Part shown: piece after piece, positions 12,230-24,134 of the stretch
Layout: the number at the start of each line of letters is the position of its first letter
Numbering within the stretch: the first letter of the stretch is position 1
Assembly: GCA_051294375.1 (NCBI GenBank)
Contig: CM119268.1
Location: 9,061,187 to 9,125,186, forward strand
DNA from: Paraspadella gotoi
Lineage: Eukaryota; Animalia; Chaetognatha
DNA length: 64,000 nucleotides
Direction of reading: 5' to 3'
The notes under the pieces: generated by a model
Told to the model about the DNA's origin: nothing
Seen by the model: only the letters and a program-made list of their open reading frames with translations
Database searches by the model: none
Position numbers and translations under genes: made by a program

Positions 12230-13170
12230 TTATTTATTTCGCATAACTGAAAATTATATTCATAAAATATGTCTTGTTAAAGAGTTTATAATGATTTTTA
12301 TCTGAATTGAGCCCTGACCTTTTATTTTTGGAAGGCTCAAATATCTGAATTTGAAGTTTAATTGAATGACTTTGATAATTTTGAATAATTTTGATTAAAG
12401 CCTCTAATGGGTTTAATTTTATACATTGAATTTGAATAACTGGTCTCTCATTGGTTAATAATAACTAGTAGATGTTTTGATTTTATTCTCAAAATGTGAA
12501 CTCTCCTCTCATTGGTTGTTATAATTTTGTCCTTGTATATAAAAGGAGAGTAAATTCTTTTTGTATTCAAACGGAAAACGAAAACATAAAACTTGTTATG
12601 TTCATCTATCTAAATGACTTACATTTTATAATAATACTTTTAGAGTCCAATGGAAAAAGTCTGTTTCGATTACGAGCAAAATACATGAATATTGAATAAG
12701 GTATCAGGGTTTCACAAATTATTTTGACTTAATAATTTCAATTTTGAGCTCTTTATTTTATTTTCATTTCCTTTTAACTTAGCTATCTCGCACAAATTTT
12801 CTCTATCACTTTCACTCTATCCTTTTTTAATTTATTATTGTTGGTAATTTATTTCCATTATTTAGTTTAAAAACTTTATCTTAGTGTTACATTGCTCAAA
12901 TGTATTATTTCCCTCTCATTCTCCCTCTCTGTGACCATTTTCACTTCTTTTCAAACTTACTCTATCTGTCCTCAACTTACCATGTCCTCAGCTCTAACAA
13001 TTGTCTTTCTCTATTCTTTGTTGAAAACTCTGACCTCTCTCTCTGGCATTTCAAAATCACATTCACAAATGTAAAAATCGCGCTGATGAAGGCTTGCATT
13101 AAAGCCGAAACATGCCTTTGTTTTTTATAAATAAAACATCGTTGTCAAAACAAAACAAACTATATTCGCG
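12230..13170 (+). mobile_element. Penelope-like element remnant, duplicate copy
   Basis: Equivalent of 2100-3035; hammerhead at 13083-13120, AATAAA at 13130-13135. Confidence 0.6.
13078..13120 (+). ncRNA. Minimal type I hammerhead ribozyme motif
   Basis: CTGATGA (13083-13089) A GGCTT gcatta AAGCC GAAA CATG CCTTTG. Confidence 0.75.
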
Positions 13171-13743
13171 AAACTTAATCATATAAAAATCATTATACAT
13201 TTTTTGTTTTGCCTTTTTGACTTAAATTATATTAATTATTATATTTTTAACCATATAAAAATAAAAAAGATATGATTTAGTTTTATAGTAGTAAGTTTTT
13301 GATCACTGTTTAAAGAATTTTACATTGACTCTAAAACTTAAGAGTGAACCATTTAAATTGAATTCAAATAGTAAAATGTAAAAAAATACGGACGGTTATG
13401 ACGTCGATAAAAAAGTTAATAATGATAAAAACGTTAAAAAACGCAAAGCAATAGAAAGAATTTAGCCAGTTGCTTTTTTCTCTTTTTAATCAATGGCTCT
13501 GATCGATATCTGGACAAGAAGGAGCGAAAGAGTCGAGTTCATTTTTCAATCACGTGATCGAGATTCTTCGATTTCCATTCATCGACGAGTTTTTGTCATT
13601 TCGTCGTTTCGTCCCGATCTGAGTCCGCGAATAAAAATTGACATCTGGTCGTTTTGAGGACAGTGAACGTCCGGTTCGTATCTCTCTCTCTCTCTCTCTT
13701 CTTTTTGTCTCTGTCTCCCGCTTTCTTCTAATTCTCCCAATGG

Positions 13744-13845
13744 GGTCAAACCTGACCATTGAAGCCCCATTTACCGTCTCTGGCTTCCTCTTCCTTGTTC
13801 ACCGTCGCCTATAAAAGCCAAGGCCCGACCCTCAACATTTCATTC
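13744..13845 (+). promoter_or_regulatory. TATA + Inr core promoter, duplicate copy
   Basis: TATAAAA at 13810-13816, TCATTC at 13840-13845, GGTCA-aacc-TGACC at 13744-13757. Confidence 0.65.
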
Positions 13846-14054
13846 ACTGTTCACAAAATTCTCTCGTTGCTATAAAACTAATGCCAAAATTTTGGGTCTT
13901 CTTCCGATGTGCAAACTTTTGAAAGAATTGCTGTGCTTTCGTTCGCCGCTTTCTTAAAAAAAAAAAAAAACTACGACTCTTTCTCTCTCGTTCTCAAATT
14001 TCTGCATCAAACTCGCCTAAAAAAAAACCACAATTCGCTCAAAATAAAAAAAAA

Positions 14055-14615
14055 ATGTCTTTCGACCCTTCAACCTTCACTCAACCCGGCCATTTCACTC
14101 CCTGCATGGAGGAATTAAACTTATCCTGCGTCCCTTACCTCCGAGAGCAAAAATTCGTCTTAGCCTTCGAATACGACGCCGATGGAACCCCTCGTCAATG
14201 CAGCCAGTGCTTTCCGCTGCCTCTGCCACCGCCGGGTCACGAGACGGAGGAAGGTTGGACGAAGAAGGTCATCGGAATGTGGATGCCGGGAGAGACGGAA
14301 AACGGACAAAGATTCATGAGATATCTGCCAATGCTCGAGAATTTATGGAATGAGTCCGGGTTTTATCAGAAGGAAACGTGGATGGGCGACTGCAGCCTAT
14401 TTCATCTCCTGCAGTCGTCGATGACAAAGATTGGTTTCCCTGGCAAAGGTTGTTACGCCGTTTCCGGGGAGCAGCGAGTCAACTCTAGGGAGAAAAACAC
14501 TTACGACGGAATCGCCAAAATTATTGTCCACGAAAATCCTTACGATCGAAATTGTCCCTTTTACGAAAAACGCGCCGCCATGGTGTTTCGGAAGCAAATC
14601 GCCCTTATTGATTAA
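14055..14615 (+). CDS. Intronless 186-aa protein of unknown function (MSFDPSTFTQPGHF...RKQIALID)
   Basis: Complete normal-complexity ORF in AT-rich surroundings with AAAATG start, TATA/Inr upstream and AATAAA at 14826-14831. Two substitutions versus copy 1 in the 5' part (CTC/CTT Leu, TAC/TAT Tyr) are synonymous in this frame. Confidence 0.75.
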   Translation: MSFDPSTFTQPGHFTPCMEELNLSCVPYLREQKFVLAFEYDADGTPRQCSQCFPLPLPPPGHETEEGWTKKVIGMWMPGETENGQRFMRYLPMLENLWNESGFYQKETWMGDCSLFHLLQSSMTKIGFPGKGCYAVSGEQRVNSREKNTYDGIAKIIVHENPYDRNCPFYEKRAAMVFRKQIALID

Positions 14616-16693
14616 ACGATTGAATAATGAAAAACGTTTTTTTTATCTTGGTGACAATTTTGGCTCATATCAAACACAACGAACGTGAAAGGAAAACTAT
14701 CTAACAATATATTGGTAACTTAATCATTTTAAATGAGAATTTTTTTTACTCGTAAAAAGCTTACAAACTCTAAACTATGAATTAATTTTTTTTTTTGCCC
14801 ACAAAATCCTGGAGCAATTATAGTTAATAAATATTGAAATATGATCTATATGTATATCTAATTAGTTTTCATCGAAGTTTATAGATGAAATTCTGTTCAA
14901 GACTGTGTAAAAGTGATACTATTCGATATTCGTGATAATCTTTTTCAATTTTCTCTTCTTTCTATTTTTTTTAATATTTCTATATTTTCTATGCTAATGA
15001 TTTTCATTGATATACTTAATACTTTTCCAATTTGCAATGTCCGCAATGATCCTTAATTGTTTGAATTTTATTTTTAGTGCCATTAGTGCAATTTTTCTTG
15101 CTCAATACTCATCGTTTAATCGTTTAATCTTCTTATTGTCTTAATTGTCAAATTGTCTCTTTTATTTCGGAAAAAAAAAAAAAAAATTAATATTTCTATT
15201 GATAGGGACGCTGTAAGAACGCAAAACTTATACTCATTTTACCAATTTTTTCTCATCCATCCAAATCGCAAATGGCAAAAATTTATCACTTATCATTAGT
15301 TCTGAAACACGAAATTCTTTTTTTAAGCTCTTTTTTCTTTAAGCTCTATCAGAATCCGTTTTTAAAATTCTACATGAATTTTTAAAAAAATTTGTGATTT
15401 ATAGTAATATGATAAACTATAAACGCTTCTATGGTGTTAAGTGTTAACTATACATTTAGATCTATCTCCTGCGATGATTCTTAAAATCATAAAATTGTTT
15501 TAAATTTTGTTATCTCTGTGTTATAATACAAACCTTGTTTCGCCTCATCATTTGTGTGCCTTCAAAATTATCTATTTTGACTGTAATGTTGCAATTTTCC
15601 CGTTTAAATAAATAAACGACAGTGTATTTGATAATAAACGTGGAATTTTTACTTCCAAAGCGTCAGGTAGCTTAGCTTAAGTTAGCTCTCACCATTGAAA
15701 ATGTTGGAAACGGTTAAAAATTTGTAATTTCCAAAATGTATATATTTAATCTGGATCTGGATGGAATTTAAACCCCGTCTAAAGATTTTATTTCATCATA
15801 ATCATAGAAATGAAATGAATAAAATATAAATTGTAAAGTTATTGTGTTCAATCAGTCTTTTTCAGCCTTGGCTCCAGCTCAAGCAAAAGATTTTTTAAGT
15901 CGGATCTGCTTATCTGCTTATCCGTCGGTTCGCCCTCACAATCTTGTCGGTCATTTACTTATTTCATGTCAGAACATCAAATTATGATAAAATATGTAAA
16001 AAAAATTATGTCTATCTGTCTTGTCTGTCTGTCTGTCCGTCCCACCTTAGCATTAAACTCCAATTAATTTTGGATTGATTAAAATGAAATTTTGTGTGTG
16101 GTTAGGAAAGTGTGTGATTGAGCTTGATATAAAGTTTCGATGGAATCGAGGAGTGTGTTTGTATGGAAAAAAAACCAAAGTCAAGTTGACTTTAATTTTT
16201 ATTATGCTTACTCATAAATGTTTTAAATTATTTATTTATTAATTAATTAAGGTGAAAAAGTGATGCAAGTTAAAAAAAAATAAGCAAGTTCAAAAAATAA
16301 TAATAGATACAAAAAATATTTTTACTTGTAATTATTTCTACCATAGTAACAGTTAATGCTTACATATATAATTTAATATAGAAATAGATATAGAAATACA
16401 TAAATATCGGCAATTGACCCACGAATCGCCTATAATAACAGAGAAAGTCAGGCAGTCACGATTAATGGAAGCCAAAGCCGTATAAGCGAACTGACAGACT
16501 AACGAACAAATGGGCCAACTTATGTTGACGGAATGACAGTCCGAGCGAGAAATAGCCGTCCGGGCCCGATGAGAGAATAAATAGATTGACCTTCTTGCCG
16601 ATGGACTGTCTTAAAAAGAAAAACGGCCAGACCGACCGACAGACGGATCACTCAAACACTTGGACTCCCTAGTCCCTACTTCCCCCCCTCCCC

Positions 16694-18062
16694 TCATTCC
16701 CCCTCAGTGACCAGCATGGGCGAAGAGTCGTCTTCCCTCAGCAAAGCCTCCACGTCGATGGCTTCGCTGGAGGACTCGACGCGCATCCTGGAGGACGGCT
16801 TGGCCCACTTCCCCCATCGGATCTTGTTAAGGAGTTTCTCCGTCGTCGAGTAAGGCGCTCTGCTCCGTGGAGGTCGAAGAATCCTAAGAGGGTTGGTGGG
16901 GGTGGGGGGTAACTAAGAGGGTTGTGGGGCGTGGGGGGTAACTAAGAGGGTTGGTGGGGCGTGGGGGGTAATCGTTTGTGCCCCCGCTGTCATTTTACTG
17001 ACCCTTTTCAATTGAATTGTGAGTGAATGAGTGAGAAAAAATGACGTCGTTTGTAGCGAAACTTAGACATTTTTTTTGTGATTTCGATTTTTTAACCGAA
17101 TTTTTAAGGGGAAATGCATTAGACTCTTATTATTTGTCAAAACTCTGTATTGCATCTCTGCCTAGTGGTCAAGAGATGCGTCCTAACCGCGCTATAGTAA
17201 CAATTTATGATGCAGCTACACTACACCGACTGCCACAAATAGATATTTACTTTCTCTCTCCTTCCTCCATCTCCACCACGCCCACTCAACCACCACCGCC
17301 CACCCAATTCTCCTTACCCTCGACATCTTGCTCTTCAACGGAATATCCGACGTCGTCGTCGTCTGCTTCGTCGTCGCCATCGACGCCGTCATCGACGCCG
17401 CCGAGTCTCCGGCCGCGGCCACGCTGGAAGAGGAATTTACAAAACCGGCGCCGGATTCGAAGGAATCCTTGGACGGTGTCTCGATGCTCCCGCGACTCGC
17501 GGCGTCGCCCATCGGAAGATCGAAGATGTCGACGCCGGGTTCGCCGACGGAGAAGTATGCTCGGCGTCGTCCCGCGGCGTCCATGGCGCCCGAGGCGGCG
17601 TCCATAGCGCCGTCGTCTCCGGCGTCAACGCCCGCGTCTCGGCGCCTCGACGGAGGCCTCTCAGAGCCGCGCGATTTGGCCATGTTGCGGAGGATCTTCC
17701 GCGTCTCGTCCAACTGGTCCACGATGTCCAAAGTCTCCGACGCCGCCTCCGGGAAGACTGCTGAAGTGTGCAACATCAACTCGTCGAGGCTGCTGAAGAC
17801 CTCCTCGAGGTCAACGTCTGAGATCGGGCTCCCGCTGGGCCGAGGTGTGTCGTCCCTCTCGGTAGAGACGGGTGCCGCGGCGGATGCTGCGGTGGGTGCT
17901 GCGGCGGTTGCTGCGGGTGTTGCCGCAATTGAGGCGGTTTCTGTGCAGAGGTTGCTGTTGTTAGAGGAGTTTTTGAAGTCGAGGGAATTGACCGAAAAGT
18001 TGGCGGGAATCTGATGATGGAAAGAATAAAAAGTAAACGACGTTTTTAATCAACTTCTTTAA

Positions 18063-18135
<73 letters not shown>

Positions 18136-21100
18136 CTGTTTTCGTTCCTCGAAAATCTGTTGCCTTTGATGTTGTTGTTGCAACTTCTCCAACTGCTGCC
18201 TAACGAATTCATGTCCAGAGCAACAGTCCAAACTCCTGCATCGCTTCCGCGTGTAGACTTGCGTTTCTTGGTTCTTCGTTCCTCTTTCACCGACTCTTCC
18301 GCGGGGGGCGTTTTCCCTTTTACCGAGCCAGTCGTCTCGAGAATGCCATTCATCCAGAGAATCGACGCTGCCGCCGCCGCCTCCCCCGCCCCCGACAGCG
18401 CTCTGCTTTCCCTCCATCAACATCTTTCGAATCCTCGTCAATCTCCGCTTGGCCGCATCCGGCTCCAGATCCTCGTCGGCGAGCATCTCGAGGATCAGCA
18501 TCTCCACCATTTTCAGCATCATCTTGCAGTCGCGTTCCTCCTGCGCTCCGCCGCTGCTCCGTCGCTGCTTTTCTGCTCCTGTTGTTCTCCCTGCTCTTCT
18601 ATCTTCTTCTCTTCCTCTCTCCTCCCTTCTCTCCCTCTCTTCCTCTCTCTCCCTCCTCTCCCTCTCTTCTCTCTCTCCCTCCTCTCCTCTCTTCCTCTCT
18701 CTCCCTCCTCTCCCCTCTCTTCCTTCCACTCCCTCTACTCCGCCGAGACTCTCCGGAGGCGACCCTCGTCTTCAAACCTCTCGTCGTCCTTTTCGTCGTC
18801 GTTTTCATCCGCTGTCTCCCGAAGCGCCCTCGCGGCTTCGAGCGCTCTCATCGCCTCGAACGCCGTCAGCGATTTCGTCGTCTTCCTATTCTCGTCGTCG
18901 TCGTCGACGTCATCTCTATCGTCGTTGTCGTAGTCTTCGACAGAGTTTATTCGGGCATCAATCATTTCCGCGAAATCCTTCAACGCGCGCGGAAGTTGTT
19001 GTGTGTCTTGTCGAGATTTCTTGCGGGCAGCGTACACTTCTTCGTGAATAAAAGAGAGATCGTCAATGTCTCGGTTGCACATTGTATTACTATTAATAAT
19101 TAAGTTAATTCTCACCTAAGTCAGATTTAATGCTACGGCCGCCCTTCCGTTGACAATCCGTTTCGTTCCATCCTCTCCTACGATCGTCATCAACCTCCTC
19201 TTCCTCTTCCTCGTCGCCAGCCTCGTTTCGAGTTTCCAACCAATCGAATCCGCCAACGAGGGCCGCCATTTTGCTTCGTCGTTGCGAGCTTTCACTCGAC
19301 GAATGAGATACTCTCCCTCCTTTTATAGTGATTCTTCTTCCTCCTCTTCCTCTTTCTTCCCTTTCCTCTCTGCTACTCCCTCTTTCTTCTCTCTCAACCT
19401 TTCTCCCTCGTCCCCATCTTTCTCCAACCCTAACTTCCCCTTCTCCCCCTCTCGTCCCCTTGCTCCGCCCTCTTTCGAACCTTCCGTCGCACGAGGGGCA
19501 TCTTCCCCGCGCCAGCGATCCTTTGTCCGACGTCGGGTATCTCGACGGCAGAGAGATTGCCCGCTCGAGGCCTCGATGAGGCGTCGGGCCACCTCGGGAG
19601 GACGACGCCCTCCGCGCCGCTCCGCCGCCTTCCCCAAAAAACGTCCACCCTTTCCCGCGCGGCGACGACGAAGCCGACAACGGCTTTTCCGGCGCCAGAT
19701 GAGCCCAGGGCGCCCCCCAATGACTTCGCGGCGACGGCGCCTCTTCCGTCGACGTGGAAGCGTGTCGGCTGCGGCGCTGATGCGGAACGGACGAGGCTCG
19801 GATCGGCGGCTTCGGCTGCGGCGCCGACAACGTCCAATTTTCCTTTCCCGCCATCTCTCGACCGGATTTCGAATTTCTCCGCCCGCGATGCCAGCGCCCC
19901 CAACGCGACGTCTCCCTCGTCATCGTCTCTTCATCCAACTCCTCGTCCACGGGTTCCGTCATTTCCGACTTGGAGAAGAGCGCTTTAATTTCCTCGTCGT
20001 CGTCATCCTCGTAATCGTCGTCGTTATCGTCGTTGACAATGTCCTCGTGATTGTCCTTGTAGTCGTTGTTGTCATTTTCGTTGTGGTCTTCGTTGTCGTC
20101 GGTCTCGTCCTCCGTTAATGGCGTCGACGTGAGAGAAGCGGAGATCATTTCGTCGTCGTCTTCTTCGAAGCTGTCGTCAATTTCATCTCTGTTAGGTTGG
20201 ATCGAACATTGGAGTTTTGTATAAGTATATTTATTAAAATCATTTTTAAAAGGTTGTAATGTTTAATTGTTAATTTTTTTAAATAAAAACTATAACAAAC
20301 TTACTATTTTTTAATTTTTATAATTTTTATGATTCACTTTGTCGGTCCATCGGTCCACCACCCCAATCTTCTCGGGCATTCACTTTATATAATGTCAGAA
20401 CATCGAATTATGATAAATTATGCAAAAAAATGATGTCCGTCCGACCGTCTGTCTGTCCGTCTGTCCGTCTGTCCATCAGTTTGTCCATCCATCCGTCCAT
20501 CCCAATTTACAAAAAACACAAATTACTTGTGATTTGAATGATGGATTAGAATGAAATTTTGTGTGTGGGTAGGAAAGTGTGTGATTGAGCTGGAAATAAA
20601 GTTTCGATGGAATCGTCCAAGTGGAAATGAGTGAAAATAGAAAAAACAAACAATCTATTTCACTTTTTGATTATGCTTTTTTATTTTATATTAATTATCA
20701 ATTCTAGCTACATTAATTAATTATTAATAAATAAGTTATTAATTAATTATTAATTATTTGTAATTTATTAATTAATTAATTTTGTAAGCGAGATTGTTGT
20801 TTTGTGATTGAGAGGCGAGACAAAGTGGAAAACGATTTTGCCACGAATTAAAAAAATTAATATTAATTAACTAATTAATTAATTAATTATCTGATCAGCT
20901 GCTTACCGCTAATGATCGTGAGCAGATCAGGCATTGTTTGCTCAAACTTGTTTATACTATATTAAATATAACAATAAAAAATATAGTGAAACAAGTAATT
21001 TTACAACTTTTATACAAAAAATTAAATATTTTATTTTCATAAACGATCCGACTTACTCTTTCTTCGCCGGAATATCTCTTCGTTTTGACCCATCGCCGGT

Positions 21101-21810
21101 CGCGACCCTCGACCCGACGCCGGCATCCACCTTCCCATCGGCGACAACGACGCCGCCCGATTTAACCGACGCCGCCCTCCCGCCCGCGACGTCGTCGTAG
21201 AGTCCGATGGCGCCGTTTGACGCCGCTTTCGTCGGCGGCGGTCGGTGACGAGTCTCGGCGCGCCCCGTGGCGGAGGAAGAAAGGGGATGGGGTATTTGAT
21301 CTGGGTTTGAATGGCGGATGGGAATTGATGAAAGATAAGTTAATTGAAAAAAGTAGTTTATGTGGGAAATGGCGGTATTTAGATGGCATATATATATGAA
21401 ATTGGTACCACCATTATAAAAATTATATATATATAAAATTATATATAATAAATTCAAACTTAAAGCTTATAAACTTGGTCTCCTCTTTTTCAATATTTCT
21501 CGTCTGCATTGATTGTTTAATTTTTTTGTTTTACGAAACGTGATTTTTTTTTTTTTCATCTCTGATCTACATTCTGTTCTGAGTCCTGAGAAACACAAAC
21601 CTCGTTCTTTGTGAAACGCTGTCACATCTTTGGCGTGGCCATCTCTTTTTCTCTTCATCCTTTGCTCATCTTTGAAATCGTCGTCGTTGTCGTCGTCGTC
21701 GTCTTCGAAGAGCTTTAACTTTCTATATAGTTATCGCCGCTTATGTCTTTGCAAGCAGAGAGATTTGATTCTTCCGGCTTTTGACGCTTTCCAACGCGCT
21801 AACTCTAATT
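16694..21810 (-). CDS. 3' multi-exon part of a large low-complexity, acidic/charged protein of unknown function
   Basis: Exons approx. 21601-~21810, 21057-21300, 19116-20188, 18136-19069, 17318-18010 (693 nt, open) and 16694-16883 (..EALLREDDSSPMLVTEGE*). Donors GTTTGT, GTAAGT, GTGAGA, GCGAGA, GTAAGG have phases matching the next acceptors. Internal frameshifts are probably read errors. No recognised domain. Confidence 0.75.
20330..20953 (+). mobile_element. Helentron/HINE-like element inside an intron
   Basis: cactttgtcggtcc head, (GTCY)n, one internal unit, (TAAT)n, then 3' agcagatc (inverse of 5' gatctgct) followed by gcattgtttgctcaaacttgttt. Confidence 0.75.
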
Positions 21811-22752
21811 TTTAAAAACTTATTTTTTGGAGGGCGTGAATTAATTTTACCCAATTTATTAGAGTCTTCGTTGGCAATCTTATTCGAAATTGTAAGATGA
21901 ATATAGAAGTTAAAAAAATATATATTTTTCCCGAAGGAACTCAAGGAGCAAGAGAATAAAAGAAGAAAATAAAAATAAAAGAAAAAAAAGAAATTCCGTT
22001 AAGAACGTTTTTTCTTTCTTTCTTTCTCTTTCTTTATTTTTTTTTTCTTTCTTTCCCTTTCTCTGCCCGCAGAAGAAGCCGAGAAGCAGGAATGGGCGCA
22101 GCTCCGACTCGATGGCCAACTGATAATAAATCTAATGTTTGCCAGGATTTTTTCTCCCTAATGAAATTAATTGCGATTCATTGAAAGATTTACTCAGGAG
22201 ACTTTCTTTCTGAAAGCTGCCTCCGTTGCTCTCTTTCTCTCTCGCTCTCCATCTCGCTCCTCTTTACTTTCCTTTTCTTCCGCTTTTCTTTATTTTCTCC
22301 TTCTTCCTTCCGCGATAGTAAATTAAATGCCATGTTCATTTGATCTGGTTAATATTTTAAAAATATTCTCCGCGTACGTTTTTAATTTTTTGCTATTTCT
22401 TAATTTTACCAATTACTCCTTTTCTTGTCTCTTCTAGTTTAACTTTAAGCTTTACCTTTTTCCCCCTCGATTTCCTTTCGCTAACCGCTACCTTTCTCTG
22501 CAATTCTGTCTTTTCAACTTTCTCGCTTCATTTGCAATTTGCAACAGTTTAGCGTGTCTCGCTGTATTCAAATGAATGACTGACTCCTTCTCTCTTTCCC
22601 TCTTTCCCGTTTCTCGGAGAGCATTTCTCTCTCTCTCTCTTTCTTTTCTCTTTCTCTCTGTAGCTCTCTTCTCTCACATCTTCTCTTCTCTCTCTCCTCT
22701 CTCTCTCTCTTCTCTCTCTCTCTTTCCTTTCTCTCCTCTCCTCTCTCTCTCT

Positions 22753-22787
<35 letters not shown>

Positions 22788-22788
22788 A

Positions 22789-22826
<38 letters not shown>

Positions 22827-23656
22827 CTTGATCCTCAAAGTGAGGTCACAGCTATCAAGAATGAGGTCGACGATTCCATAGTATCGCAGGTCAAGAGTTT
22901 CCAAGGTCGTGAGACTTGAACCTGAGGTTCAACGAAGTAAGTTGATCGTTTATGGCATCGAAATCAGGGATTGCGGTGCGGACGGCAACATGGCGTACAA
23001 GAAAGGATGGCATCGTGGGCGGAAGCGTTTAATGCAAGTTAAAACAAGTTAATAATAGTTTTAAGAATTATTCACGTTACATGAAAGTAGGAATTGTACT
23101 ACATAGTAACGGCAACGCAATAGCGACAGGAACGTAAAATTAAAAGCTAGGACGATAACATGGAGCGAGATGCAGATGGTAACTCGGAATCAAAGGCTTC
23201 CATTGCAGCGCAAACGGGAAACGTGGGATCAAATACAGGGACTCAAGGGTCGACGTGAATCTGGCACCGGAGATGGAAAAGCGAAATGGGATCCGGAATC
23301 GAAATCAAATCCCAAAATTGCGAAAATTGCGCGGAGGCAAAAGAAAAGAAAATGCGAAGAAGACTCGTGTTCAAATGTACTAATGTATTAATGTATGTAT
23401 TAATGTAGTACATATAGGGTTTCTATGTGATACTATGGCAAGTTTTTTAATTCAATAGAGTTATTAAGTTTTGTGTGGTATGTAAGCAAAAACGATCCGC
23501 TTGGTTTGGACCCTTTTTTATAATTTTTTTTTCCTCTTTTTTTTTTTTTTTTTTGGACACTGAAAGAAGGAAAAAAAAAAGTCAGGAACTCATTTCATCT
23601 CCATCAAAAGAAAAAGTCAGGAGGAAAAAAAAAAGAAGTGATAAATTGACCATACG

Positions 23657-23817
23657 CCTTGCCACATGAATGTCGTCGTCGTCCTTCGTTCCCCCTTCGT
23701 CATCGTCGTCGTCGTCGTCGTCTTCCCGGTGGTTTTCATCGTCGTCGTCGTCGTCGTCGACGACATTCAGATCTCGAATAGGAGATGGGGTTAAGACTCT
23801 CCGTTTCAGCGGAATTT
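23657..23817 (-). CDS. Probable upstream exon (EIPLKRRVLTPSPIRDLNVVDDDD..DIHVAR)
   Basis: cctcag acceptor, Asp-rich open frame and GTATGG donor; same style as the exons at 16.7-21.8 kb. Confidence 0.5.
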
Positions 23818-24060
23818 CTGAGGAAATCCCACAAAATTGAACAATTTTTTTGAGTCTATTGTAATTTTTATTTCGTGGCCGGAAAACTGAGCGATTCGTA
23901 GGTCGAATTGTTCCAGTTTAAAGTTACACGTTGAATTTTTAGAAGTGTTTTGAAATAAGAAACAGACTGTCAATAAGTTTAGGATAACTTATGAATTTTG
24001 TTCATTTTCTGTAAATATTTACCACTTGTTTCAGTTCGCGACGTGAATGAAGTGCATTTT

Positions 24061-24091
<31 letters not shown>

Positions 24092-24103
24092 TCTCTCATC
24101 TCA

Positions 24104-24134
<31 letters not shown>

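Larger units (their letters stand above)
10010..19390 (+). repeat. Copy 2 of the ~9.3 kb direct duplication (better-preserved reading frames)
   Basis: Same order of elements as 1-9195. ORFs broken in copy 1 are intact here, and the sequence continues into further exons of the minus-strand gene. Confidence 0.95.

Noticed and set aside
17328-20118. Long plus-strand ORFs (17328-18014, 18160-18933, 19150-20118) and 60266-61102
   Set aside because: Antisense shadows of GC-rich minus-strand exons; the splice signals support the minus strand.
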